Source of the DNA: a bacterium | Lineage (GTDB): Bacteria; Hinthialibacterota; Hinthialibacteria; Hinthialibacterales; Hinthialibacteraceae | DNA: 64,000 nt | Reading direction: 5' to 3' | Assembly (NCBI GenBank): GCA_963662285.2 | Contig: CAXXMV010000006.1 | Location: 1,344,001 to 1,408,000, forward strand | In this document: positions 19,468 to 28,832 of the stretch, piece by piece | Layout of the letters: the number at the start of each line of letters is the position of its first letter | How positions within the stretch are numbered: the first letter of the stretch is position 1 | Translations under genes and position numbers: made by a program | Notes under the pieces: model-generated | What the model was told of the DNA's origin: nothing | Database searches by the model: none | Seen by the model: the letters and a program-made list of their open reading frames with translations, nothing else

Positions 19468-20616
19468 ATGAATCAATCATCAATTTCTCGTCGGGGATTT
19501 TTACGTTCAACCGCATTGGCATCTACCTTAAGCCTTACCGCATCTTCCACCGTTCTGGGCGCAAACGATGAAATCGTATTGGGCATGATCGGTACGGGGG
19601 GGCGGGGCCAGCGTCTGCTGCGTGCTATTACTAATATAAAAGGATACCGCGTTGCCGCGTTGTGCGATCTGGTTCCAGAACGTTCTCAAAAAGCGGCTGA
19701 AATTTGCGAGCAATATAAACCTGGACCCAAGCAGTATACTGATTTCCGAAAAATGCTGGCCAACGAAAAACTGGACGCCTGTCTGGTAGTCACCGAAGAA
19801 GGCAATCACGCCAAATGCGTCATTCCCGTCCTGGAAGCGGGGCTGCATTGCTTCAGTGAAAAACCCATTGACACCACAGTCGCCAAAGTTGATCGCGTGG
19901 TTAAAGCAGCGCGTAAAGCTAAAGGCATCTATCAGGTTGGTTATCAGCGCCGTTACCTCAAGGGCTTCCAGGATGCTATGGCTGATATCCATTCAGGCGA
20001 ACTGGGTGATGTAACATTCATGCAAGGCGAATGGCATTGGAATTACGGCGTTGGCGGGCGTTATCTGGATATGGATTTCGCGGGATGCTGGTTCCTGGCT
20101 CAGGCCTGCCATCATGCAGATGTGATGGCTTGGGTAATGCAAAACAAGCCGCCGCTGGCCTGCTCCGCTATGGGCGCCAGAACGCAGGATAATCAGAATC
20201 CGCCGGCTCATTGCGCCGAAGATCATTCGTCTTTGATCTTTCAGTTCCCCGGCAATGTCAATTTTACCTATACTCACTTGATGAATTGCTGCGATCCATT
20301 CACTGGAGAAAAACTTTGGGTGCACACCCAAAAAGGCGGCATTGATCTTCCCGGAGGAATATTGTATCCCAGACCTAATATGGGCGAGGAAAAACGTTAC
20401 GCGCCGAAGAATACTGATTGGGACAAGGGAACCTATGAAGAACTCGAAGCCTTTGGTCAGCATATCCGCAATGGCGAGCAAGCATTGAGTAATGCAGAAA
20501 CCGCGCGCGTCGGAACGCTAATGGGCATACTGGGCGGTATGGCTATGTATAACGAGTCGACCAACAAGTTCGGCATGTCGCGCGCCGGATGGAGTGATCT
20601 TGGGTCAGTCATCTAA
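19468..20616 (+). CDS. Tat-exported Gfo/Idh/MocA oxidoreductase
   Basis: SRRGFL leader, GMIGTGGRG, HCFSEKP, QVGYQRRY, ACHHAD. RBS GGGAG precedes ATG 19468. Confidence 0.92.
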   Translation: MNQSSISRRGFLRSTALASTLSLTASSTVLGANDEIVLGMIGTGGRGQRLLRAITNIKGYRVAALCDLVPERSQKAAEICEQYKPGPKQYTDFRKMLANEKLDACLVVTEEGNHAKCVIPVLEAGLHCFSEKPIDTTVAKVDRVVKAARKAKGIYQVGYQRRYLKGFQDAMADIHSGELGDVTFMQGEWHWNYGVGGRYLDMDFAGCWFLAQACHHADVMAWVMQNKPPLACSAMGARTQDNQNPPAHCAEDHSSLIFQFPGNVNFTYTHLMNCCDPFTGEKLWVHTQKGGIDLPGGILYPRPNMGEEKRYAPKNTDWDKGTYEELEAFGQHIRNGEQALSNAETARVGTLMGILGGMAMYNESTNKFGMSRAGWSDLGSVI

Positions 20617-20667
20617 TTGATAAACTGCATAACGCTTTGTCGAATCTATAACGCATGGAAAGAAAAT

Positions 20668-20702
20668 CCCCTCTCCCGCCGGGAGTGGGAAAGGGTGAGG
20701 GG
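20668..20702. repeat. REP-like intergenic palindrome
   Basis: CCCCTCTCCCGCCGGGAGTGGGAAAGGGTGAGGGG. Confidence 0.6.
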
Positions 20703-20741
20703 AATTATCAATACGCTTTCTTGTGCAATGGAGAGATTGTA

Positions 20742-21893
20742 ATGATTGGAAAAAAAGGATTATCAAGAAGATCGTTTTTAGCGACCACGGCCAGCGCTTC
20801 AGCATTAGCGATTGGCGCTCCGCAAAAAGTCTTGGGCGCAAATGATGAAGTTGTTTTAGGAATTATCGGAACCGGGGGCAGGGGTCAGAGTCTGCTTAAA
20901 CGCATCACAAACATCCCTAATATCCGCATCGCCGCTATTTGCGATAAACGTGAAGAGCGCCGTACTCAAGCGGCGGAAATTTGTGAAGGCTACAAGCCAG
21001 CGCCAAAACTATATTCCGACTTCGAAAAGTTGTTAGATCAAGAAAAACTCGACGGCTGCATCGTGGCCACCGAAGTGGGCAACCACGCGAAATGCGTCAT
21101 TCCCGTGCTCGAATCAGGGATAAACTGCTTCAGCGAAAAGCCGATGGATTGCACCGTCGAAAAAGTTGACGCTATCGTCAAAGCCGCCCGTAGAGCCAAA
21201 GGCTTCTACCAGGTCGGCTTCCAGCGCCGCTATGCTCCAGCCTTTTTAAGCGGGGTGGGTAAGATTCATGAAGGCGCTATCGGTGATATTACTTTCATGC
21301 AGGGTTGCTGGCATTGGTCATGGTCGGTCGGCGGCTGGGTGGCCAATGTTGAAATGTCGGGCGGCGAGATCGTCGAACAGGCCTGCCATCACATGGACGT
21401 CATGAATTGGGTTATGCGCGGCCAACGGCCTATGAAATGCGTCGCCATGGGACACATGGCCGGGCAGCGCGGCGAGTATTTCCGGCATAATACCGAAGAC
21501 CAGTCGGCTGTGACCTTTTATTATCCCACCGGCGCTATCTTCTCTTACACTCATCTCTTCTATTTGGCTGAACATTTCCAGGAAGAAAGACTGCTGGTTC
21601 ATGGCAAGACTGGCGGCGTCGATCTGCGCACCGGAATGCTATATCCCCGTCCGGGGCTGGGTGAAGCACAGCAGATCGCTGAAAAGGTCCCCGACTGGGA
21701 TTACGGCACCTCCGAAGAACTCGAAGCCTTCGCTGATCAGATCCGCAATAACAAAAAACCACTCAGCAACCAGGAGACTGGTCGAGTCTCTACTCTTATG
21801 TCTCTAATGGCGCGTAAGGCGATGTATAAGATGCGAACCCATGAATTTGAACCTTCAGTTGTATCCTGGGAGGATTTGCGAACTATGTCTTAA
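20742..21893 (+). CDS. Tat-exported Gfo/Idh/MocA oxidoreductase (tandem paralog)
   Basis: SRRSFL leader, GIIGTGGRG, NCFSEKP, QVGFQRRY, ACHHMD. Collinear with the upstream paralog. Start moved past the REP. Confidence 0.92.
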   Translation: MIGKKGLSRRSFLATTASASALAIGAPQKVLGANDEVVLGIIGTGGRGQSLLKRITNIPNIRIAAICDKREERRTQAAEICEGYKPAPKLYSDFEKLLDQEKLDGCIVATEVGNHAKCVIPVLESGINCFSEKPMDCTVEKVDAIVKAARRAKGFYQVGFQRRYAPAFLSGVGKIHEGAIGDITFMQGCWHWSWSVGGWVANVEMSGGEIVEQACHHMDVMNWVMRGQRPMKCVAMGHMAGQRGEYFRHNTEDQSAVTFYYPTGAIFSYTHLFYLAEHFQEERLLVHGKTGGVDLRTGMLYPRPGLGEAQQIAEKVPDWDYGTSEELEAFADQIRNNKKPLSNQETGRVSTLMSLMARKAMYKMRTHEFEPSVVSWEDLRTMS

Positions 21894-21922
21894 ATGACTA
21901 ATACAATGTAATGAATTTTGAC

Positions 21923-21950
21923 AAGCGCCAAACACTGTTTTGGCGCTTTT
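21923..21950 (+). terminator. rho-independent terminator
   Basis: AAGCGCCAAA...TTTGGCGCTT followed by a T tract. Confidence 0.75.
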
Positions 21951-22213
21951 GTTGTAAATTTGTTCATTGATATAACGTATTTGTTAGATTTCCATTAGGA
22001 TTATGTTAGAAATATTGATATTTATGAGATAATCTTCCATGTATACACTATTATTATCTTGAACGGTATAATGAATACTGTATTATTATAATAACATCAT
22101 GACATTTCGTAGGTTTGGCGATTATATATCTAATAACTATACATAATGTAATGATAATTAAATAATTCTTTATTTTCTTATTTAGGAAATGAACAATTAT
22201 TCATGGAGGAATT

Positions 22214-22840
22214 ATGTCAAAGCAGAAAGCTTTTACTCTCATCGAATTGCTTATTGTAGTTGCTATTATCGGTATTTTGGCTGCTATCGCCGTCCCTAAC
22301 TTTCTCAATGCGCAAATCCGCGCAAAGGTTGCCAGAGTAGAGTCGGATCATAAATCCCTTTCTACGGCGCTTGGCGCCTATCAGATCGATTATAACTCGT
22401 TCCCCGGTGATCATGACCTTGATCAATATATGGGTCCAGGTGGTCAGGATGGTCTTTTCCACCTCACTACGCCAGTCTCATATATGTCGTCGCTTCCCGC
22501 TGATCCATTTGTTGAGAAAAAACTTAAAGGCACGCTTGGCTTGGGCAATAGTAATGCCTATGCTGCTCTTGGACGTCCAGATTATGAAATGGGCAGCGGA
22601 GCTGATAATGCGCCAGGATACAGAAAACAGTGCTATAGTCTAATGAGCTATGGGCCGGATTATGATGATGATAACTCCAGTCATGATTCCTTCCCCTATA
22701 ATACGGATCATGACCGCTATAATCCCACTAATGGAATCCGTTCGGATGGCAACATTTTCCGTTTCGGCGGCGACTATTCATCAGGATGTCTAATCATGGA
22801 TTGGGGTTCATCACGAATTGGTGGTGGATGTGGCAATTAA
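22214..22840 (+). CDS. type IV pilin / GspG-like pseudopilin (prepilin N-terminal cleavage/methylation domain)
   Basis: KQKA|FTLIELLIVVAIIGILAAIAVPNF, with C-terminal SYGPD...YNPTNGIRSDGNI. Confidence 0.9.
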   Translation: MSKQKAFTLIELLIVVAIIGILAAIAVPNFLNAQIRAKVARVESDHKSLSTALGAYQIDYNSFPGDHDLDQYMGPGGQDGLFHLTTPVSYMSSLPADPFVEKKLKGTLGLGNSNAYAALGRPDYEMGSGADNAPGYRKQCYSLMSYGPDYDDDNSSHDSFPYNTDHDRYNPTNGIRSDGNIFRFGGDYSSGCLIMDWGSSRIGGGCGN

Positions 22841-22883
22841 ACACAAAACGTCTGATCTGGTATTTTGTTCATAGTAATAATAT

Positions 22884-22913
22884 CATATTTTATACTTGCA
22901 TATTTTATACTTG
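22884..22913 (+). repeat. exact 15-bp tandem duplication
   Basis: CATATTTTATACTTG x2. Confidence 0.85.
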
Positions 22914-22921
22914 ATTTTTTT

Positions 22922-22954
22922 ATGGGGTGCCTTTTAATTAATAAGTCACCCCAT
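22922..22954 (+). terminator. intergenic stem-loop between pilin and tagged-protein genes
   Basis: ATGGGGTG...CACCCCAT followed by an AT-rich tail. Confidence 0.5.
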
Positions 22955-23039
22955 TAATTTATTCGGAAAGGAGATAAAACTTTTTATTTGTATTGGCATT
23001 GGGAAATAAAATATTAGTTATTGAAAGGACAAACAAATA

Positions 23040-24845
23040 ATGAAGCGATTAAGTGTTTTGATTTTCGTAATCAGTCTATTTACTATGCCTGTTATGTCTC
23101 AAGTTTTATTGGAAGAAAATTTTGATAATGCGGCTATAGATGGCGTCTTTATCAATGTAGTTGATAACAATACAGGCCAGGATATTACACAACCTCAACA
23201 GTTTCAAGTAATCCAACCTGAAGGTTGGACAATTACAGCGGAAATCGATCCTGCAGACGTTAGCGCAGAAGGCGTATTTGATGGATTTTCCGCCGATTTT
23301 CCTTATCCTGCTTGGTCGGCTCTCTTTTATGAAGGTGAATGGGACAATGGAGGCGGCGACCGTAATCTAGAGAAGCCTTTCTTGGATGGCATCATGGTTT
23401 CAGATTCCGACCGGTTCGGCAACCTCGCCTATCGCACCTGGTTGAATAGTCCGTCGGTTGATTTCAGCGGATCTTCGATCATTATTGAATTCGATAACCA
23501 TTACCGACATAACGATAACCAGGTTGCTCAGTTGGATATCAGCTGGGATGGCGGCGCAACCTATACGCAAATCTTTTCCTGGGATGATACTAACCACAAT
23601 GATAATGAGAGTTATGTAGGTCATGAAACCTTTGCTGTTGTCACCCCGGAAGGCGCCAGCAGTTTCACTCTGCGCTTCTTCTTCGGAGGAGATAGCGACC
23701 AACGCGGCTTTACTGATTTCGATTGGTATTGGGCCTTTGATAATCTTCTAGTACGCGCTGGCGGCGATGCCGGCGCCCCTGCTGTTCCGGCTTTAAGCAT
23801 CTCAATAATTGATCCTAACGCTTTTTCAGGTATTGTTTTGACTAGTTCTGCATTCTCTGGCAGTGCGGATCATGTTAAATCCGAATGGCAGGTTGCATTG
23901 GATGAAGCATTCGAGAATTTAATATTTGCATCTGGAGAGACGGAAGGAAATCTTGTATCTATCGAAATACCCAGTGATGCTCTTCCTGTTGGACAGATGA
24001 TTTATGCGCGGGTTCGCCATCTGGATTCTAATGGCTTTGCTTCTGCATTTTCAGCGGCAGCTCAAACTTCTACTCCTGTTCCTGCGGGAATCAGCATAAT
24101 TGAAATTGAAGATTTTGAATCAACTGATGAATGGTCTTTACCAGAAGGCTGGAAAGAAATCAATTTCAATGATCCACTAACTGGCGATGCAAATGAAGAT
24201 AATTTCGCTACTTGGTCTGTAGTTACTGAAGACACTATGGCTTCTATCGGCGGCGACCGCGTTAATGTTCCTGTTTATGAAGGCAAATCCGTGTTTGTCG
24301 ATGCTGATGCTTTCAATCCATTCCAGGATGCTCATCTGTTTTCCAAACGTTATGATCTTACTGGCGTTACAAACGTTTGGCTCACTTTCGGCAGCAACTA
24401 TGTTCAGAACCAGGATAACATCGGCGCTTTGGAATACAGCGTTGATGGCGGTGATCTGAGCAATGACCGTACTCCAACTGGAACATGGCTGCCCTTGCTT
24501 TACTATCTCGATACAGAAGACATCACCTATAACGAAGATGGTACTCCTAATGCAGCGGAAACTTTCCGTGATGATAATGTAGCTGATGGTACGGCATTCG
24601 CATATAACTATTGGGTATTTGCTACTCCTATCGAAGATATGGGACCCTATATCGCCAATGGATATAATGATAATAAAACCGCTAACAAATCATTCCTTAA
24701 ATTCCGCCTCGAAGCAGCTGACGAACAATCCAATGTTGTTATTCGTTGGTCGAATATGGGAACCGATAGTTGGTTCTGGGGAGTGGATAATGTGACTATT
24801 TGGGGAACATCTGATACTGGCGTTTCGGAATGGTCGCTTTATTAA
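23040..24845 (+). CDS. secreted protein with two MAM/cleaved-adhesin-like beta-sandwich domains and C-terminal W-x-x-Y tag
   Basis: Signal peptide, duplicated 'E.F....PEGW...L.S...D..G...F...Y......L..S.DGG...R.....W.W..DN' domain, very acidic, ends DTGVSEWSLY*. Confidence 0.7.
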   Translation: MKRLSVLIFVISLFTMPVMSQVLLEENFDNAAIDGVFINVVDNNTGQDITQPQQFQVIQPEGWTITAEIDPADVSAEGVFDGFSADFPYPAWSALFYEGEWDNGGGDRNLEKPFLDGIMVSDSDRFGNLAYRTWLNSPSVDFSGSSIIIEFDNHYRHNDNQVAQLDISWDGGATYTQIFSWDDTNHNDNESYVGHETFAVVTPEGASSFTLRFFFGGDSDQRGFTDFDWYWAFDNLLVRAGGDAGAPAVPALSISIIDPNAFSGIVLTSSAFSGSADHVKSEWQVALDEAFENLIFASGETEGNLVSIEIPSDALPVGQMIYARVRHLDSNGFASAFSAAAQTSTPVPAGISIIEIEDFESTDEWSLPEGWKEINFNDPLTGDANEDNFATWSVVTEDTMASIGGDRVNVPVYEGKSVFVDADAFNPFQDAHLFSKRYDLTGVTNVWLTFGSNYVQNQDNIGALEYSVDGGDLSNDRTPTGTWLPLLYYLDTEDITYNEDGTPNAAETFRDDNVADGTAFAYNYWVFATPIEDMGPYIANGYNDNKTANKSFLKFRLEAADEQSNVVIRWSNMGTDSWFWGVDNVTIWGTSDTGVSEWSLY

Positions 24846-24888
24846 TCTTTTAGCAGTTGCTTAGATAGTTAGTTATATAAGATAATTT

Positions 24889-24929
24889 AAGGGAGAGCAT
24901 CCATTATGGGTACTCTCCCTTTTTCTTTT
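24889..24929 (+). terminator. rho-independent terminator
   Basis: AAGGGAGAG...CTCTCCCTT followed by TTTCTTTT. Confidence 0.8.
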
Positions 24930-24970
24930 CTGTTAATCTACAAATTTTTTCTAAAAACAGTGGTTGATAT

Positions 24971-25006
24971 CAACCCTCTCCTAACCTCTCCCAATCTTGG
25001 GAGAGG
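24971..25006. repeat. REP-like palindrome (inverted partner at 25071-25462 is interrupted by a MITE)
   Basis: CAACCCTCTCCTAACCTCTCCCAATCTTGGGAGAGG. Confidence 0.6.
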
Positions 25007-25086
25007 CATGTTTGTTCACAGTGTTTCTTACAACTAAGATCAAACAATACAACTGGCGACATCTCCAAAATTCCTCTCCCCCAAGT

Positions 25087-25428
25087 CTGATCTTTACCCC
25101 AAAATATCAATATGAGAGATTATAAGAAATACTATTAACTGAAGATAGGATAATCACGGGTGCCAAGGGCAGTGTATTTTCTGCCCTTGATTGAGTTTAC
25201 CTCTTTTATTCCAATCATTTGTATCAACGTTTTACTCAATAAATTGAATTATGATAAACGTTCAATTATTAATAGTTAGACTAAAATTAGAGTAAAAACG
25301 TGAATATCATAGAAATTTTTCCGTTTTTCAATAGTTATCTTTCAATGGCAGAAAGGACGCTGCCCTTGGCACCCGTATTGATCTCTTCATAGCCATTAAT
25401 AATAACAAAACTTTTGGGGAAAGATCAG
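25087..25428. mobile_element. non-autonomous MITE, 342 bp, with IS4/IS10-like ends and 9-bp target duplication
   Basis: Left end CTGATCTTTACCCCAAAA, right end TTTTGGGGAAAGATCAG. Flanking direct repeat CCCCCAAGT at 25078-25086 and 25429-25437. No transposase. Confidence 0.85.
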
Positions 25429-25577
25429 CCCCCAAGTTGGGGGAGAATTCAAGAGGGGGTTGTTAACTACAACCTTTGATTACCAAATCGTCGTTAGAGC
25501 GGTTAAAAAACTCATTGACGAACGTTATTATGAGAATCGCTCTAAATTCCCCCAAAGCAAAAAAATAAAAAAAACTC

Positions 25578-25616
25578 TTGACACTGTAATCGTCTACGAC
25601 TATAGTCATAGACGAT
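25578..25616 (+). promoter_or_regulatory. sigma70 promoter overlapped by a BlaI/MecI/CopY-type palindromic operator
   Basis: TTGACA(25578)-N17-TATAGT(25601). 28-bp near-perfect palindrome ATCGTCTACGACTATAGTCATAGACGAT (25589-25616) just upstream of the repressor gene. Confidence 0.85.
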
Positions 25617-25641
25617 CCAGCAAAGGCGAAGGTGAATTTGC

Positions 25642-26040
25642 ATGAAGAAATTATCAACTGATCCATTAACTCCGGCTGAATGGAGCGTTATGAAAATTGT
25701 GTGGCAGCTCGGCGAAGGCGCGTCACGCGAGGTTCATGCCGCGCTTCAGAAACAATATGGTTGGGCCAATACCACAGTCAAAACTCTGCTTGGTAAATTG
25801 GTGCAAAAAGGTTTTTTATCAGTTACCCAAGATGGCAATAGATACATATATAGCGCTACAGAATCATCCATGGGATTGACGACCAAGGCCGCCGATGTCT
25901 TTTTAGAAAAAAGCATGGACGACGAGGTCGGGCAGTTGCTTTGTTATATGGTTAATAAGGTGGATTTATCCACAGAAGATATTGAAGAACTGGAATCGGT
26001 TCTTAAGCAATACAAAAAGAGGAAGGGTGGGGAATCATGA
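25642..26040 (+). CDS. BlaI/MecI/CopY-family repressor
   Basis: LTPAEWSVMKIVW...WANTTVKTLLGKLVQKGFL.....GNRYIY...LS.EDIEEL. Confidence 0.93.
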   Translation: MKKLSTDPLTPAEWSVMKIVWQLGEGASREVHAALQKQYGWANTTVKTLLGKLVQKGFLSVTQDGNRYIYSATESSMGLTTKAADVFLEKSMDDEVGQLLCYMVNKVDLSTEDIEELESVLKQYKKRKGGES

Positions 26041-28709
26041 ATGCGTTTGCCGATGGTTGGGCGCTTTTTATGCTTGATCGCACGCTTGGATCGACGCTGG
26101 TTTTTCTGCTTGCTGCGTTGATCTGGTTTGCCATGCGTAAAAGGATTTCTTCCCGATGGAGTTATCTTTTATTTGTTTTGGTGTTGCTCAAACTGATCAC
26201 GCTATTTCAACCATTCGGATTAATTTCATTGGAAAAAGAGACCGGAAATAATCCGCTTCTATCAAACGCAACCATAACGATTCCCATAAATTCTTATCTC
26301 TCAGAATCAGATTCTGTAACGTCAACCAGTGATATAAGTCCGCCTACAAATATTGGCTATATACCTGATCAATATTCCAGAACTCCGGTCGAGTATGGGG
26401 GCGTTGTCTTATGGCGCCGCTTACGGGAACTGGCTTCTACATTATCTTTGCAAGCATTTCTCATGACTGGTTGGGTTGGCGTCGTGCTATGTCTGTTGCT
26501 TAAACTGATCTATACCGAATGGCGCATCAAGTCATTGATCCGCCGGACGCAACCTTTCAATTTGGATTTATTGCCATTTGATTTCCCGCAATTCTGCCGG
26601 GATGCCGGAGTGAAATATCCGGTGCGGTTATATTTCGCCGATTGGGCGCCTTCGCCATTTGTGGCCGGGATCATACGCCCCATCATAGTCGCACCGTCGC
26701 ATTTTCATGTAAGTTACCGGACAGAGGAGATTAAATGGGTTTTGCTGCATGAATTATCCCACATTCGCCGGTGGGATGCATTGGTTAAATTGATTCAAAA
26801 ACTGGTTCAAATTGCATTTTTCTTCCATCCAATTGTCTGGATCAACAATCGGATACTGGACCGGTTCCGCGAATTCGCCTGTGATGACGCCGCAATGCAT
26901 GGATCAGAATCTTCGCGTTATGAGTGCGGCGCAGGATTCTTAAGGATTGTGTTGTTAGCCAACAATCCATCTTCCGTTCTGTCGGGAGCAGTCACTCTGT
27001 TTCATTCTAAAAAGTTAATTAAGGAGAGACTAATGAGAATCTTAAATTATAAATCAATTATTGATAAACCTTATTCCATCCTGATGGCGTCACTCTTCGC
27101 TCTGCTTATAGTGGGTACGCTGCCATTGGGTATTATCACCAGTCATGCGCAAGATGCGGATGTTGAGGTAGATGCTTTTCCTCAACCCGTTCCCCAACCG
27201 AAAGTCAAAGTCAAATCGGATAAATTAGATTATGATTTCGACTATGACATAAAAATTGAACATAAGATAGATGAGAAGATTCAGAAGGAGATTGACAAGA
27301 CGATTGATAAGGTAGAGCAACAGTTCGATTTCGACTATGAATATGATTTTGATATTCCTCAAATCGCCATGGCCGATTTCGATACGGGCGCTCCTCCTCA
27401 CCGGGGGGTCTGGACGGCTCAGTTCCGCAAAGGCCAATTGAACTTGAACCATGAGTTTCACACCGAAAAGGGACGCTCCAATTTCGGGGATACTTATAAA
27501 GACTACAAACTGGATTTCAAAGGGCTTGCATCAGTTGAGGAAGACGCTTTGGTTGATAGCATCACCTTTACGCGCGACAGCGATGCCGGAACCATTACCT
27601 ATAAGGGCAGTTTTGAAGAGGGATTAGGTGCGGGACGTTTCGCATTCGCACCGAAGAAAGAATTTGTAGATAACTTGAAAAAACGGGGAATCGAAGGAGA
27701 AATTAAAAATTTTCATCTATTCCTGTTTACCAACCACGGATTCAGATTGAGCACTTTGGATAAATTCGCCGATCTGGGATATGACATTAAAACATTCAAA
27801 CAATTGGAGAAAATATGTTTGTTCAATGTTAATCCAGAGTATATTGTAGGATTGAAGGAACTTGGTTTCACAGATGTGTCTTTTGACCGCTTGGTAGAGA
27901 TGAGCATACACAATGTCTCGCTGGACTTTATAAAAGATTTTCAAAAAGCTGGTTACAAAGATTTATCCGCCAAGGATTTTGTCAAACTACGCATCCATAA
28001 CGTATCGATTGCCTTTATTGAATCGATGGCGGAGATGGGGTATAAAAATCTCTCCAGTAAAGAACTGATTGACCTGCGAATTCACAATATCTCTTCAGAG
28101 TATATTAAATCACTATCCGCAATGGGATACGCCGACCTTCCCCTGGAAACCTATATGAAGATGGGACTGCATGGCGTCAAACTGGATTACATCAAAGAGA
28201 TCGCCCGCTTGGGATATAAGGATATCCCCGCCGATCAATTGGTGAATATGCGCATCCATAACGTTAAGCCCGAATTCATTGAAGCCTTGGTCAATGAGGG
28301 ATACAAAGACCTATCGGTTGAAGAATTGGTGGATCTACGCATCCATAATTACAAACCGGGTCTGGCGAAAAAGTTCGTGGAGATGGGTTACGAGCGTCCC
28401 TCAATGGATCTTATGAAACAGTTTAGCATCCACAATGTCAGTTTTGATTACATCAGCGATTTTGAAAAACTGGGTTATAAAGATATTCCTATGCAACAAT
28501 TCATACAGATGAAGATTCATAATGTAGACGCCAGTTTTGTAAAGGAAATCGCTGAACTTGGTTATAAAAATGTCTCTGCCAAAGACTTGATTAACATGCG
28601 AATTTTTAACATCTCACCTGAGTTCATCAAAAAGGAAAATGAGAAAGCAGGAGAAAAACTGAGTATTAAGGAGTTAGTGGACCGGCGAATCCACAATGGT
28701 AGAGGATAA
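26037..28709 (+). CDS. BlaR1/MecR1-like M56 metallopeptidase with a C-terminal 29-aa repeat array
   Basis: TM helices, SPFVAGIIRP, HELSH zinc motif, FFHP, REFACDD, LIKERL. About 10-11 IHNVS..FI......GY.DLS...L..LR repeats. 4-nt overlap with the repressor gene. Confidence 0.9.
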   Translation: MNAFADGWALFMLDRTLGSTLVFLLAALIWFAMRKRISSRWSYLLFVLVLLKLITLFQPFGLISLEKETGNNPLLSNATITIPINSYLSESDSVTSTSDISPPTNIGYIPDQYSRTPVEYGGVVLWRRLRELASTLSLQAFLMTGWVGVVLCLLLKLIYTEWRIKSLIRRTQPFNLDLLPFDFPQFCRDAGVKYPVRLYFADWAPSPFVAGIIRPIIVAPSHFHVSYRTEEIKWVLLHELSHIRRWDALVKLIQKLVQIAFFFHPIVWINNRILDRFREFACDDAAMHGSESSRYECGAGFLRIVLLANNPSSVLSGAVTLFHSKKLIKERLMRILNYKSIIDKPYSILMASLFALLIVGTLPLGIITSHAQDADVEVDAFPQPVPQPKVKVKSDKLDYDFDYDIKIEHKIDEKIQKEIDKTIDKVEQQFDFDYEYDFDIPQIAMADFDTGAPPHRGVWTAQFRKGQLNLNHEFHTEKGRSNFGDTYKDYKLDFKGLASVEEDALVDSITFTRDSDAGTITYKGSFEEGLGAGRFAFAPKKEFVDNLKKRGIEGEIKNFHLFLFTNHGFRLSTLDKFADLGYDIKTFKQLEKICLFNVNPEYIVGLKELGFTDVSFDRLVEMSIHNVSLDFIKDFQKAGYKDLSAKDFVKLRIHNVSIAFIESMAEMGYKNLSSKELIDLRIHNISSEYIKSLSAMGYADLPLETYMKMGLHGVKLDYIKEIARLGYKDIPADQLVNMRIHNVKPEFIEALVNEGYKDLSVEELVDLRIHNYKPGLAKKFVEMGYERPSMDLMKQFSIHNVSFDYISDFEKLGYKDIPMQQFIQMKIHNVDASFVKEIAELGYKNVSAKDLINMRIFNISPEFIKKENEKAGEKLSIKELVDRRIHNGRG

Positions 28710-28727
28710 GAGAAAAGAGGATAAGAC

Positions 28728-28760
28728 GGAGAGGGCGTATAACTTCGTCCTCTCCTATTT
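28728..28760. terminator. stem-loop after M56 gene
   Basis: GGAGAGGGCG...CGTCCTCTCC followed by TATTT. Confidence 0.6.
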
Positions 28761-28832
28761 ATTATTGGTTAAGCAGACAATCCTGCTCATTGGTGAACCA
28801 TGAGATGGTAATTCGCAGGTAGGTTTTACTTT

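Noticed and set aside
20655-20741. N-terminal extension MERKSPLPPGVGKGEG of the Gfo ORF
   Set aside because: It is translation through a REP-like palindrome. The RBS and Tat motif fit ATG 20742.
25460-25666. Small ORFs on both strands upstream of the blaI-like gene
   Set aside because: They overlap the promoter, operator and REP, with no RBS or recognisable motif.
27730-28700. Periodic DNA similarity suggesting a CRISPR or non-coding array
   Set aside because: An 87-nt period inside an open frame, explained by degenerate protein repeats. No cas genes.
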